Positions 25,838-36,787 of a stretch of DNA of 64,000 bases are shown piece after piece. Made by a program: the position numbers and the translations under genes. The notes under the pieces are model-generated. The model had not been told where the DNA came from, did not search any database, and was given only the letters and a program-made list of their open reading frames with translations. Origin of the DNA: Eledone cirrhosa (taxonomy: Eukaryota); contig OZ024740.1 in assembly GCA_964016885.1 (NCBI GenBank), positions 371,194,001-371,258,000 of the forward strand, written 5' to 3'. The number at the start of each line of letters is the position of its first letter. Within the stretch, counting starts at the first letter, position 1.

Positions 25838-26704
25838 TATACCACTATTAGCTGCTAAAGGGTTCTCACTAAAAATGAAAGGCAGGTTGTACGATGCCTG
25901 CATACGAACAGCAATGCTGCATGGCAGTGAGACCTGGGCATTGTGTGCAGAGGATATACGCAGACTAGAGAGGAACGAAGCTTGCATGCTCCGCTGGATG
26001 TGTAACAGTAATATACGTGAACGGCAAAGCATAAACGAACTAAGGAAAAAATTAGAGATAAGAGGGATCAGATGTTGTTTACTCGAGAGAAGGCTACGTT
26101 GGTATGGACACGTGATGCGCATGAAAGTCGATAGCTGTATAACAAAGTGCAGGGCAATAAAGATAGACGGTAGTCACGGAATAGGCAGACCTAGAAAAAC
26201 CTGGGACGAGCTGATAAACTCCGACATCACACACTTACACCTCTCCAAGACAATGTCACTGGACCGAGACCTTTGGCGGTACTCAGTAACAGAGAAGACC
26301 CGCCTTACCTAAATATATAGTAAAACCTACTCCAGCCAGTAGGCATCTCTAACAAAATACACCCCGTCCCACCACCCCCACCCCCACCCCATCCACACCA
26401 CCCCGTTCTATGTAAAGTTATGTTGGTGCCGCGCCATCGAGGCCGAAACAAATGAGATCGTGTAGGTGTCACGACAAAAAAACACACAGTCCACGCTGTA
26501 ATGTGGCCGTGTAGGCAACACGGTAAAAACCTCCCAGACCCACACTGTAAATGTGGTTGGTGTTAGGAAGGGCATCCAACTGTAGAAAACCTGCCAGACA
26601 GTCCTATGCGAGCAAGACAATCACTCTTGCCTCAAGTGGGACTACCCCCGTCCAAACCCGTGCAAGCGTGGAACACGGACGTTAAACGTTGATGATGATG
26701 ATGA

Positions 26705-26708
<4 letters not shown>
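25838..26708 (+). mobile_element. RTE-clade LINE, family A, 5'-truncated
   Basis: IPLLAAKGFSLKMKGRLY...EKTRLT* (ORF to 26312), 3' UTR, (GAT)n tail, then a long (TA)n. Confidence 0.95.
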
Positions 26709-26788
<80 letters not shown>

Positions 26789-26827
26789 TATATTTATATA
26801 CAAAACTAAGAACCTTTATAAGCTGGA

Positions 26828-27966
26828 GAACCCAGAAAACAGAAAACAGAACCCAGATCCCCTCAGGGAAATGGCCTTGCTCAGTATGTAGGAAAGGTGT
26901 AAGTAGGAACTCCATTCTCTGCCCCAAATGCAAACAATGGGTACACAAGAGATGTAGCGGGATCTCAGGAAACTTAATTAAGAATGTAGGCTTCACATGC
27001 AGCAGCTGTACTGGGACAGCAAGCAGCAAACAGCCACAGGAAACAAGTACCACCAATCTCTGGGAGGGCTCTGTAGAGACAGTAGACAGCTTCTGCTACC
27101 TAGGTGACCGAATTAGCAGCGGAGGTGGGTGTTCAGAAAGTACAATAACTAGAGTAAGAACGGGATGGAAGAAGTTCAGGGAACTACTACCACTGCTAGC
27201 TGCAAAAGGCTTCTCCCTCAAAATGAAAGGCAGACTGTATGATGCGTGTATCCGAACAGCGATGTTACATGGTAGTGAGACCTGGGCGCTGAAGGTGGAA
27301 GACTTGCGTAGATTAGAAAGAAACGAAGCCTGCATGCTCCGATGGATGTGTAATAGTAATATACGCGAACGACAAAGCATAAAGGAATTGAGAGAGAGAC
27401 TGAGCATAAGAGGAATCAAATGCTGTGTGCAGGAGAGGTGGTTGCGTTGGTATGGACATGTGATGCGTATGAAGGATGACAGCTGCATAAAAAGGTGCAG
27501 AGCACTAGAAGTCGATGGAAACTGTGGAGTGGGGAGACCCAAGATGACCTGGGATGAGGTGATAAAAGCCGACCTTGCCCAATTACACCTCTCAAAGGCG
27601 ATGACACACGACCGTGACCTCTGGCGTCACGCAGTAATACAGAGTACCCGACCTCCCATGGATACAATCTGAAGCATATAGACAATATGCCCCCCCCCCC
27701 ACTGCAAGGTGGTCGTGGAGGTGCCACGGCAAAAAAGCACCCAACCCACACTGTAAAGTGGCCGCGTAGGCGCCACGTAGAAGCACCCAGCACTCACTGT
27801 AAATGAGGTTGGTGTTAGGAAGGGCATCCAGCTGTAGAAATCAAGCCAGATCAGTTCCTGTATGAGCAAGGCATGGTCAGCCGACCAGACACTGCCCACA
27901 ACAGGACAACCCATCTAACCCATGCTAGCGTGGAAGAACGGATGTAAAACGGTGATGATGATGATA
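26828..27966 (+). mobile_element. RTE-clade LINE, family B, 5'-truncated
   Basis: ENRTQIPSGKWPCSVC...QSTRPPMDTI* (to 27672), family-B 3' UTR, (GAT)n tail. Confidence 0.95.
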
Positions 27967-28138
27967 TTGGTATATATATTGGTATATATATATGTATATA
28001 TATATATATATGTATATATGTAGGAGGTGAGTTTTATTGTAGTACAATAAAGCAATGCAGATATCGGATAAGAAGCACTCTACAGTTTGTAGGACTGGAG
28101 TATACATAAGATCAAAAGATGGTTAAAGGAGTTCCATG

Positions 28139-28209
28139 TATTTTATTATGCGCATTTCAAAAACAAACATCATCATGCAATAATATTTGTGTTTTCATCA
28201 GATAAAACA
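28139..28209 (-). ncRNA. Hammerhead ribozyme (inverted copy)
   Basis: Reverse complement of 30446-30516. TCATCAG at 28195-28201. Confidence 0.85.
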
Positions 28210-28491
28210 GGAGAACATGATATGAAGGCTAAAAAACACTTGTGGATAGTGCAGTTTTAAATCAACATATGAAAAGTGGTTTTAGATTGATGTGTGATAT
28301 TGGGAAAAATATTTTATTTAGAGAGAGGGGGGGGTGGAAAGGATGAAAAAGGGGAGGAGATGAGAGGGAGAGATGGGTGATAGAGAGAGAAAGAGATAGT
28401 TTTTATAACTGAGAGAAGATATATTGTTTTACATAGAGAGGTTGAAAACCGTTGGAATAATTAATCATGAAAACCGTTGGAATAATTAATC

Positions 28492-29430
28492 ATGGAAAAC
28501 AGTAGAATAATTAATCATGATCATTCCAATAATTTTAATAAAAGACCTAGATACAAAAACATAATCTGGTATAATGCTCCTTTCTCCATCTCTATTAATA
28601 ACAATATTCCTAAATTATTTTTTAGTGCGTTAAATAAATGCTTCCCTCCCTCACATATCTATAGTAAAATATTTAACAAACACACCATCAAATTTTCTTA
28701 TTCTACATCCTCCAATATTTCCAACATCATCTCTAAACACAACAATAAAATACTAAATACTAAATCTCTTCCTTCCAACATTGAATTTCATAATAACAGT
28801 AATAGTACTCCCGACGTCATTGTAAACCCTAGGCTAACTTCTGTAAACCCAAATACAACGTCAAACACAACTTCGCTAAATGTTCATAATCCAACTCTAA
28901 ATCAAGAAACTATTATTCCTATTATTCCTATCGCAAACAACTTCTCCAATCCAATTCCTTCTATAGATAACACTAGGTCACTCATTAATAATCTCTCTAA
29001 TTGCAACTGCCGCATTAAAAATAAATGTCCTCTCAACAACCATTGTCTCGATAAAAACTTAATTTATGAATGTAAAGTTATAACTAGCACCAATTCCTTC
29101 ACCTATTTTGGCTCCACTTCCACCTCTTTTAAAGCTCGTCTCTATAATCACCATTCATCTTTCAAATACAAACTTAAAAGAACCAACACGGCTCTCTCAG
29201 AACTCATATGGTCCTTGAAAGACAAAAACATTAAATATACCATCTTTTGGAAGAAGGTTTCTTCTGCATCCTCATACTTGAACAGCTCTCTATCTAAAAT
29301 CTGTAATCTCTGCCTAAATGAAAAATTTACCATTATCTCTAATCTAGATTCTATAATAAATAGACGTACAGATTTGTTTTCTATCTGCCTGCATAAATTC
29401 CATAGGACTTTTCACAAAGTATACAGTTAA
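28492..29430 (+). CDS. PLE ORF remnant: RT thumb end, Asn-rich linker, GIY-YIG endonuclease
   Basis: IIWYNAPFS...CNCRIKNKCPLNNHC...LIYEC...TYFGST...FKARLYNHHSSF...CNLCLNEK...INRRTDLFSICLH. The ATG lies at the truncation junction, so probably not a true start. Confidence 0.85.
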   Translation: MENSRIINHDHSNNFNKRPRYKNIIWYNAPFSISINNNIPKLFFSALNKCFPPSHIYSKIFNKHTIKFSYSTSSNISNIISKHNNKILNTKSLPSNIEFHNNSNSTPDVIVNPRLTSVNPNTTSNTTSLNVHNPTLNQETIIPIIPIANNFSNPIPSIDNTRSLINNLSNCNCRIKNKCPLNNHCLDKNLIYECKVITSTNSFTYFGSTSTSFKARLYNHHSSFKYKLKRTNTALSELIWSLKDKNIKYTIFWKKVSSASSYLNSSLSKICNLCLNEKFTIISNLDSIINRRTDLFSICLHKFHRTFHKVYS

Positions 29431-30445
29431 TATTCAATTCTTTATCAATTTAGAATCTTTTCTCAAAGGCACATATACATACACCTCTTTAAAATATACC
29501 CATCTTCCTACCTTACTTCAAAGGGCATTATACACTCTATAATACTTGTTTACTCATTACCCTCTTTCTATCTTCACCTTGTAAAATCCTTCATAACATA
29601 TACATTTGTTTTTTTGACGTTAGAATATTCATCCGCAATTATTATTATTTTTTCTCTCTATCATAAAACTTTTTAATCTCAATTTCATCCTTAATTTATT
29701 ATTTTTTTCTCCCCATCAACGAACTCATTCTTAATACATATTAACTCTTTATTCGCATATATTATCAATTCCTTCAATATACAAACTTTAACTTCACATT
29801 ATTTTTCTCAAATCCTTCTACACACAAACCTTAATAATTTTTTTCTCTTCGTTAATTTTGAAATTGCCACAATACTTATCAACATACACTTTTTTTGACG
29901 TTAGAATATTCATCCACAATTATTATTTTTTCTCTCTATCTTCATACATAAATTCCCTTCGTTAATTTTCAAATTCCTTTAATTTATACATTATCTTCCA
30001 ACGGTTCTCAACCTCTCTATGTAAAACAATATATCTTTTCTCAGTTATAAAAACTATCTCTTTCTCTCTATCACCCATCTCTCCCTCTCCACCTTCACTC
30101 TCATCTCCTCCCCCTTTTTTCACCCCCCCGTAAATAAAATATTTTTCCTCGTACATATCTTCCCTTCGTTAATTTTCAAATTCTTTTAATTTATACATTA
30201 TCTTCCAACGGTTTTCAACCTCTCTATGTAAAACAATATATCTTCTCTCAGTTATAAAAACTATCTCTTTCTCTCTATCACCCATCTCTCCCTCTCATCT
30301 CCTCCCCTTTTTCATCCTTTCCACCCCCCCTCTCTAAATAAAATATTTTTCCCAATATCACACATCAATCTAAAACCACTTTTCATATGTTGATTTAAAA
30401 CTGCACTATCCACAAGTGTTTTTTAGCCTTCATATCATGTTCTCC

Positions 30446-30516
30446 TGTTTTATCTGATGAAAACACAAATATTATTGCATGATGATGTTTGTTTTTGAAA
30501 TGCGCATAATAAAATA
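30446..30516 (+). ncRNA. Hammerhead ribozyme (type I) in the PLE2 pLTR
   Basis: TGTTTTAT-CTGATGA(30454-60)-AAACACAAATATTATT/GCAT/GATGATGTTTGTTTTT-GAAA(30497-500)-TGCGCA-TA^ATAAAATA. 8-bp stem I, long stem II, palindromic stem III ATGCGCAT. Predicted cleavage after 30508. Confidence 0.88.
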
Positions 30517-30548
30517 CATGGAACTCCTTTAACCATCTTTTGATCTTA

Positions 30549-30931
<383 letters not shown>

Positions 30932-30933
30932 TA

Positions 30934-31891
30934 CAGGGTGCGGACGATATTTGTTCGCAAGATTACTGTCTAGGAAAAAATAACACAGTAGTTTTATTTT
31001 TTAAGATATATTTATCAAACTTGGGTCAGTTTGTCTTCATGACTTGTTCTTTCGATCTCACTCGATAAACCCGCCATTGGCTTTGATGACGGCCTCAAGG
31101 TGGCCTCGGAACCGGCTACAGGCCTTTGTCACTGTCCCCCAACTTAGGCCCCTAAAGGCACTTGTGATCCTGGCCTTCAGATCGTCTTTTGTATTGCAGC
31201 TAGATCTGTTGGTGTCTCGCTCCACTGCGCCCCACACAATGAAGTCGAGGGGGTTGCAGTCAGGCGAGCTGGGCGGCCAGATGTCAGGTGAAGTGTGGTC
31301 GACGAAGTTCTCTGACAGCCAGGCTTGGGTCTTTCGGCTGGTATGGCAAGGCGCTGAGTCTTGCTGCCACACGTACGGCCTACATGCAACTACCTGGTCG
31401 ATCCAGGGCTTTACTACTCCGCTCAGAACGCAGATGTAGCCATTGGTGTTCAGCTTGAGGCCCTCAAGGAAGAAGTGAGGTGGCATGACGTCACCTTGAC
31501 TGCTGACGACACCTAAGACCAATGTTGTCGCTGGAAACTTTGTCTGCATGATTCTGGGCACGTCTTTGGATGAGACAGTGAGCCACCTGTTGTTCTGGGA
31601 GTTGATCTTCTGGTCTTGGCAGAAGTTTTTCTCGTCGGAGAAAAACCACAGCATGTCTGGCTCCAGTGGCTGTTTCAACTTGTTGATCAGCTTCTTTGTG
31701 TGCTTCAGTTGCTTTTCTTGCATTGCCTTTGACAGAAATTGTCCTTTCCTCATCTTGTATGAAATGTAGCGAATGTCTTCATGTACCACCAGCCTAATGA
31801 GCTTTTCATCCACGCCTTTCTCCCTTGCAATGGCATGCATCGACTTGCTAGGTTCATTGTTGATGATATCCTGAACTTCCGCGATGAATTC
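30934..31891 (-). mobile_element. Tc1/mariner superfamily, DD37D (maT) transposon, 5' part missing
   Basis: Terminus TA|CAGGGTGCGGACGATATTTG at 30932-30953. The other terminal inverted repeat was not found. Confidence 0.88.
31058..31885 (-). CDS. DD37D transposase (N-terminally truncated)
   Basis: WFFSDEKNF...WQQDSAPCH...WPPSSPDCNPLDF, with 37 residues counted between the second and third Asp. Frame is open upstream of M31840 (IAEVQDIINNEPSKS). Confidence 0.9.
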   Translation of the reverse strand: MAEVQDIINNEPSKSMHAIAREKGVDEKLIRLVVHEDIRYISYKMRKGQFLSKAMQEKQLKHTKKLINKLKQPLEPDMLWFFSDEKNFCQDQKINSQNNRWLTVSSKDVPRIMQTKFPATTLVLGVVSSQGDVMPPHFFLEGLKLNTNGYICVLSGVVKPWIDQVVACRPYVWQQDSAPCHTSRKTQAWLSENFVDHTSPDIWPPSSPDCNPLDFIVWGAVERDTNRSSCNTKDDLKARITSAFRGLSWGTVTKACSRFRGHLEAVIKANGGFIE

Positions 31892-32032
31892 CAGGATTCT
31901 GAAGCCTTCCTCATTTTTAGTACCAAACCCATAGCCTCCATGGATTCCATCATAGCCGTCACAATGTTGCCCAACATGACCATTTAGGTCACCAGCAATA
32001 ATTATGTAGTCACTGTCGGTTATTTGGGAGAC
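31886..32032 (-). pseudogene. RTE apurinic-type endonuclease fragment
   Basis: Manual translation VSQITDSDYIIIAGDLNGHVGQHCDGYDGIHGGYGFGTKNEEGFRILEF. GDxNGHVG...GxGxxNEEG is a typical RTE endonuclease motif. Confidence 0.85.
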
Positions 32033-32442
32033 ATAGTCACTACTTTAAAACTCATAGCGAATGGTCTTCAAAATGTTTTTAAATAAACATACAGCATATT
32101 ATCAAATATACTATACATTCATTCATTCATACATCGCTATTTCAGAGCACTGATACTAATTTCTAATTTTTGCTGGACCACCAACTGCTCTGCTTAATCA
32201 ACTGTTAAACATCCCTGGAATTCTATAAGAATCCAGCTTTGATAAGTCTTGGCAGAAGCGGAGAGATAAGCAATTTTGATAACCGTTAACAAATGAGAAA
32301 CAGCTGTCGGTTGCTTCCCTTTGTTTTTGCTGAGACAAAGTAAGTGACATAGTCACTACTTTTTAACTCATAGCTAATGGTCTTCAAAATGTTTTTAAAT
32401 AAACATACAGTATATTATCAAATATACTATACATTCATTCAT
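32031..32442. repeat. Unclassified dispersed repeat with internal ~100-bp direct repeat
   Basis: acatagtcactacttt...aatggtcttcaaaatgtttttaaataaacatacag at 32031 and 32348. A diverged inverted copy lies at about 53845-54110. Confidence 0.7.
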
Positions 32443-32615
32443 ATATATGTATATATATATATATATTTTGAGTATATGTTGGTTGTTTACCGACACCTCA
32501 GTATGCAGATTGGAGCACTCAACGAGGTATGCAGGTTGGTTTGGTTACTCTGGAGTAATGTAAAATAAAATAATTAAGTCAAATATTTAAAATTTGGCTT
32601 CGTTTATTAAAGGTG

Positions 32616-32670
32616 TACTGCTATATATATTTCGGTGACAGCCATCCTTGGCTGTGACCTCTTCAGGCAC
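32616..32670 (-). ncRNA. Hammerhead ribozyme (left arm of the palindrome)
   Basis: Reverse complement of the right-arm hammerhead. Confidence 0.78.
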
Positions 32671-32910
32671 TCCAAATTGGTGTGGTAGAGACAGATACAC
32701 ATGTTGTTGAAGTGTTTAACTCCGTCAATACTCCGATATGCCCAGTTCCTGGTTGGGTTGTTATTTCTCTGAGGAACTGGAATCATATGAAGATATGATT
32801 CCAGTTCCTCAGAGAAATAACAACCCAACCAGGAACTCGGCATATCGGAGTATTGACGGAGTTAAACACTTCAACAACATGTGTATCTGTCTCTACCACA
32901 CCAATTCGGA

Positions 32911-32965
32911 GTGCCTGAAGAGGTCACAGCCAAGGATGGCTGTCACCGAAATATATATAGCAGTA
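32911..32965 (+). ncRNA. Hammerhead ribozyme (right arm of the palindrome)
   Basis: gTGC-CTGAAGA-GGTcACAGCCA/AGGA/TGGCTGTcACC-GAAA-TATATA-TA^GCAgt. Short stem I, palindromic stem III ATATATAT. Confidence 0.78.
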
Positions 32966-33013
32966 CACCTTTAATAAACGAAGCCAAATTTTAAATATTT
33001 GACTTAATTATTT

Positions 33014-33076
<63 letters not shown>

Positions 33077-33104
33077 CATATATATATTTACATATATATA
33101 TATG

Positions 33105-33169
<65 letters not shown>

Positions 33170-33515
33170 GGAGGCACATGGCTTAGTGGTTAGAGCATTG
33201 GCCTTGCAATCGAAAGGTTGTGAGTTCAATTCTCAGACCGGGTGATGTGTTGTTTCCTTGAGCAATACACTTTATTTCACGTTGCTCCAGTTTATTCAGC
33301 TGTAGAAATGAGATTATAGGGACTGGGATCCCTATCATTCCACTGTAAAGTGGTCGTGGAGGTGCCACGGCAAAAAAGCACCCAGCACTCACTGTAAATG
33401 AGGTTGGTGTTAGGAAGGGCATCCAGCTGTAGAAATCAAGCCAGAATTAGTTCCCGTCCCACCCTTGCAAGCAGGGAAAAGTGGACGTAAAATGAAATGA
33501 TGATGATGAAATGAT
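33170..33515 (+). mobile_element. tRNA-derived SINE family 1
   Basis: Near-identical to the other family-1 copies. (TA)n on both sides. Confidence 0.92.
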
Positions 33516-33536
33516 ATATATATTTATATATATATG

Positions 33537-33568
<32 letters not shown>

Positions 33569-33573
33569 TATAT

Positions 33574-33695
33574 ACGGTAGAAAACCCACCAGGCAGTCCT
33601 ATGCGACCAAGACAACCACTCTTGCCTCAAGTGGGAAAACTCACGCCCAAACCCATGCAAGCGTGGAAGATGGACGTTAAACGATGATGATGATG

Positions 33696-33697
<2 letters not shown>
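33574..33697 (+). mobile_element. Very short RTE family A 3' tail
   Basis: gtagaaaaccc.ccag.cagtcctatgcga...gcgtggaagatggacgttaaacgatgatgat, within (TA)n. Confidence 0.88.
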
Positions 33698-33735
<38 letters not shown>

Positions 33736-34430
33736 CATGCAAAAGTTCTATTTAAAGTTGTTTTCTCTTCAGAAAATTGTGATCTTTGTATTGAAGAAAT
33801 ATTCTTTATATTAAAGTCCAAAAATTCCCTTAATCTGAGGAACAATTTATTCAGTTGCTGCAGACATAGATTGAACTCAATGTTTAAATATAAATTTAAA
33901 TTTAAAATGTAGTATAATTAATTAAGTAATTTTAGTTAATATATAGAACCTGTCGATAATCCATTTGATTCCTTCACCTTTTTCTTTTTAAACTTTCTTC
34001 CTAAATATAAACATGGATATAATAAACTACTCTAAAATGTCTATACTTCCAATGTATTAAATAAAATATACGTAAGGTAAATTTCTATATTAAATATAAA
34101 GTTATCTGTAGAATCATTGGGTTTTTTAAATTATTTTTATTTGTTTTGATTATGATAGCTTCTCATAACTTTCACAAGTCTTCCCTCTCAATATCTTGAT
34201 TGAGATATACGTAGGATAAATTTCTATACTAAATATATAAAACATATTATTTTAACTTAAGATATTCTATAGTGTTTTAATGATATTTAATGCTTTGATA
34301 TTTCTAGATTTCTTTTGACTATATAGTTGCATTTCCAAAATATATTCCTTTGGTATTTTAAATTTGTATTGTTATGGGTATATTTACAAATTATAATCCT
34401 TTGGTAATTTATTGATATTGGATTATCTCT
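33736..34430 (+). mobile_element. Penelope-like element 3' fragment (GIY-YIG C-terminus + AT-rich 3' region)
   Basis: Frame 33736-33912, not in the ORF track: HAKVLFKVVFSSENCDLCIEEIFFILKSKNSLNLRNNLFSCCRHRLNSMF...*. Matches the CxLCxxE...LNxRxxxFxxCxH end of PLE endonucleases. Confidence 0.78.
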
Positions 34431-34449
34431 ATATTTATATATATATATT

Positions 34450-34480
<31 letters not shown>

Positions 34481-34507
34481 TTATATATATATATTTATAT
34501 ATATATG

Positions 34508-34542
<35 letters not shown>

Positions 34543-34570
34543 TTATATATTTATATATGTATATATTTAT

Positions 34571-36775
34571 ATCATCATCATCATCATCATCAACGTTTAA
34601 CGTCCGTGTTCCACGCTTGCATGGGTTTGGACGGGGGTAGTCCCACTTGAGGCAAGAGTGATTGTCCTGCTCGCATAGGACTGTCTGGCAGGTTTTCTAC
34701 AGTTGGATGCCTTTCCTAACACCAACCACATTTACAGTGTGGGTCTGGGAGGTTTTTACCGTGTTGCCTACACGGCCACATTACAGCGTGGACTGTGTGT
34801 TTTTTTGTCGTGACACCTACACGATCTCATTTGTTTCGGCCTGGATGGCGCGGCACCAACATAACTTTACATAGAATGGGGTGGTGTGGATGGGGTGGGG
34901 GTGGTGGTGGTGGGACGGGGTGTATTTTGTTAGAGATGCCTACTGGCTGGAGTAGGTTTTACTATATATTTAGGTAAGGCGGGTCTTCTCTGTTACTGAG
35001 TACCGCCAAAGGTCTCGGTCCAGTGACATTGTCTTGGAGAGGTGTAAGTATGTGAGGTCGGAGTTTATCAGCTCGTCCCAGGTTTTTCTAGGTCTGCCTA
35101 TTCCGTGGCTACCGTCTATCTTTATTGCCCTGCACTTTGTTATACAGCTATCGACTTTCATGCGCATCACGTGTCCATACCAACGTAGCCTTCTCTCGAG
35201 TAAACAACATCTGATCCCTCTTATCTCTAATTTTTTCCTTAGTTCGTTTATGCTTTGCCGTTCACGTATATTACTGTTACACATCCAGCGGAGCATGCAA
35301 GCTTCGTTCCTCTCTAGTCTGCGTATATCCTCTGCACACAATGCCCAGGTCTCACTGCCATGCAGCATTGCTGTTCGTATGCAGGCATCGTACAACCTGC
35401 CTTTCATTTTTATGGAGAACCCTTTAGCAGCTAATAGTGGTATAAGCTCTCTGAACTTTTTCCAACCAGTTCTGACTCTAGCTACAGTACTTTCAGAGCA
35501 CCCTCCTCCACTGCTGATTTTATCGCCCAGGTAACGGAAGCTGTCCACTATTTCTATAGAACCCTCTGCGCAATTGAAAGAGCTAGTATTTTGTGGGCAC
35601 TTGCTGCTACTTATTGCACCAGAACACTGGCCACATGTAAAATCTATGTTCTTAGTTAGCTTACCTGTGATCCCACTACATCTTTTATGCACCCATACTT
35701 TGCATTTAGGACATGAAATGGAGTTTCTACCTACGCCTTTCCTACACACCGAGCACGACCATTTCCCAGAAGGGACCGCCGCCTTGTTTTCTTTCCTACA
35801 AACTAGAACTTTGGTCTTAGCCAGGTTAATTTTAAGTCCTTTTGACTCTAGGCCGTGCTTCCATGTTTGGAATTTCTTCTCTAGCTCGGCCATTGATTCC
35901 GCTATGAGTGTCAGGTCGTCTGCGTATAGGAGTTCCCATGGGCAGCCTGTCTTGAACTCCTCTGTTATAGCCTGAAGGGCAATAATAAATAGTAGGGGGC
36001 TGAGAACAGAGCCCTGATGGACGCCAACTTTTACGCTAAACTCTTCACTATATTCGTTGTTAATTCTAACCTTGCTGACTGTTTCTTTATACATGGCTTG
36101 TATAGCCCTCACAAGCCATTCGTCAACGCCTAGTTTTCTAAGTGCCCACCAGATAATGGAGCGGGGGACTCTGTCGAAGGCTTTCTCCAAGTCGACAAAA
36201 GCTAAGTAGAGGGGTTTACCTTTAGCTAGGTACTTCTCCTGTAGTTGTCGTACTATGAAAAGAGCGTCTGTGGTACTTTTGCCTGACACAAACCCGAACT
36301 GCATTTCATCTAGGTCAATTCTCTCTCTGATTAGTTGCGCTATTACTTTTTCCGTGACCTTCATGACCTGGTCGATTAATTTAATGCCTCTATAGTTACT
36401 CCTATCTAGGGCGTCTCCTTTACCCTTATAACAGTTAACGATGATGCTGCTATGCCAGTCCTTCGGAACAACCCCATTCTGTACGACTTGGTTAACTATG
36501 CGGGTGACCATGGTGTGTCCCACCGTGCCAGATGCCTTCAGCATCTCAGCAACTATTTTCGAAGGCCCAGCCGCCTTACCCGTCTTCATATCCTTGATTG
36601 CCTTACTTATTATACTCCCCTCGACTAACACTGCTGGTCCCTCTATTGGGTCGATATGGGGGAGACTGTCTTTCTCCCATTTATTCTCCTCATTTAGTAG
36701 CCTTTCATAGTGACACTTCCAAGCTACCTTCTTATCAGCGTCGGTGATGGCAAGTATGCCATCATCGTTAAGTAC
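34571..36775 (-). mobile_element. RTE-clade LINE, family A, 5'-truncated, intact RT
   Basis: ORF 34970-36631: FVDLEKAFDRV, GVHQGSVLSPLLF, LLYADD, PHD-type finger, C-terminal domain. Near-identical inverted copy at 46461-49045. Confidence 0.97.
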
Positions 36776-36787
36776 ATATATATGTGT

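Larger units (their letters stand above)
32466..33020. mobile_element. Palindromic non-coding PLE pLTR element (228-bp arms 32561-32788 / 32793-33020, GAAG spacer, ~95-bp left extension)
   Basis: The arms are reverse complements, with two mismatches seen. Each arm carries a hammerhead. Flanked by (TA)n. Confidence 0.9.

Noticed and set aside
32769-32817. CTGAGGA...GAAA across the palindrome centre as an extra hammerhead
   Set aside because: The would-be core is itself paired in the fold-back and the stems do not fit the topology.
32607-32974. Mirror-image 78-aa ORFs on both strands
   Set aside because: A by-product of the palindrome. No recognisable domain.
34412-34600. YIYIYI-, THTH- and CVCV-type ORFs throughout the window
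   Set aside because: Translations of (TA)n/(CA)n microsatellites.
35034-35975. Recurrent antisense ORFs over RTE copies and the repeated MPFLTPT... ORFs
   Set aside because: Shadow frames of the RT ORF or antisense of the shared 3' UTR. They recur only because the elements are near-identical.
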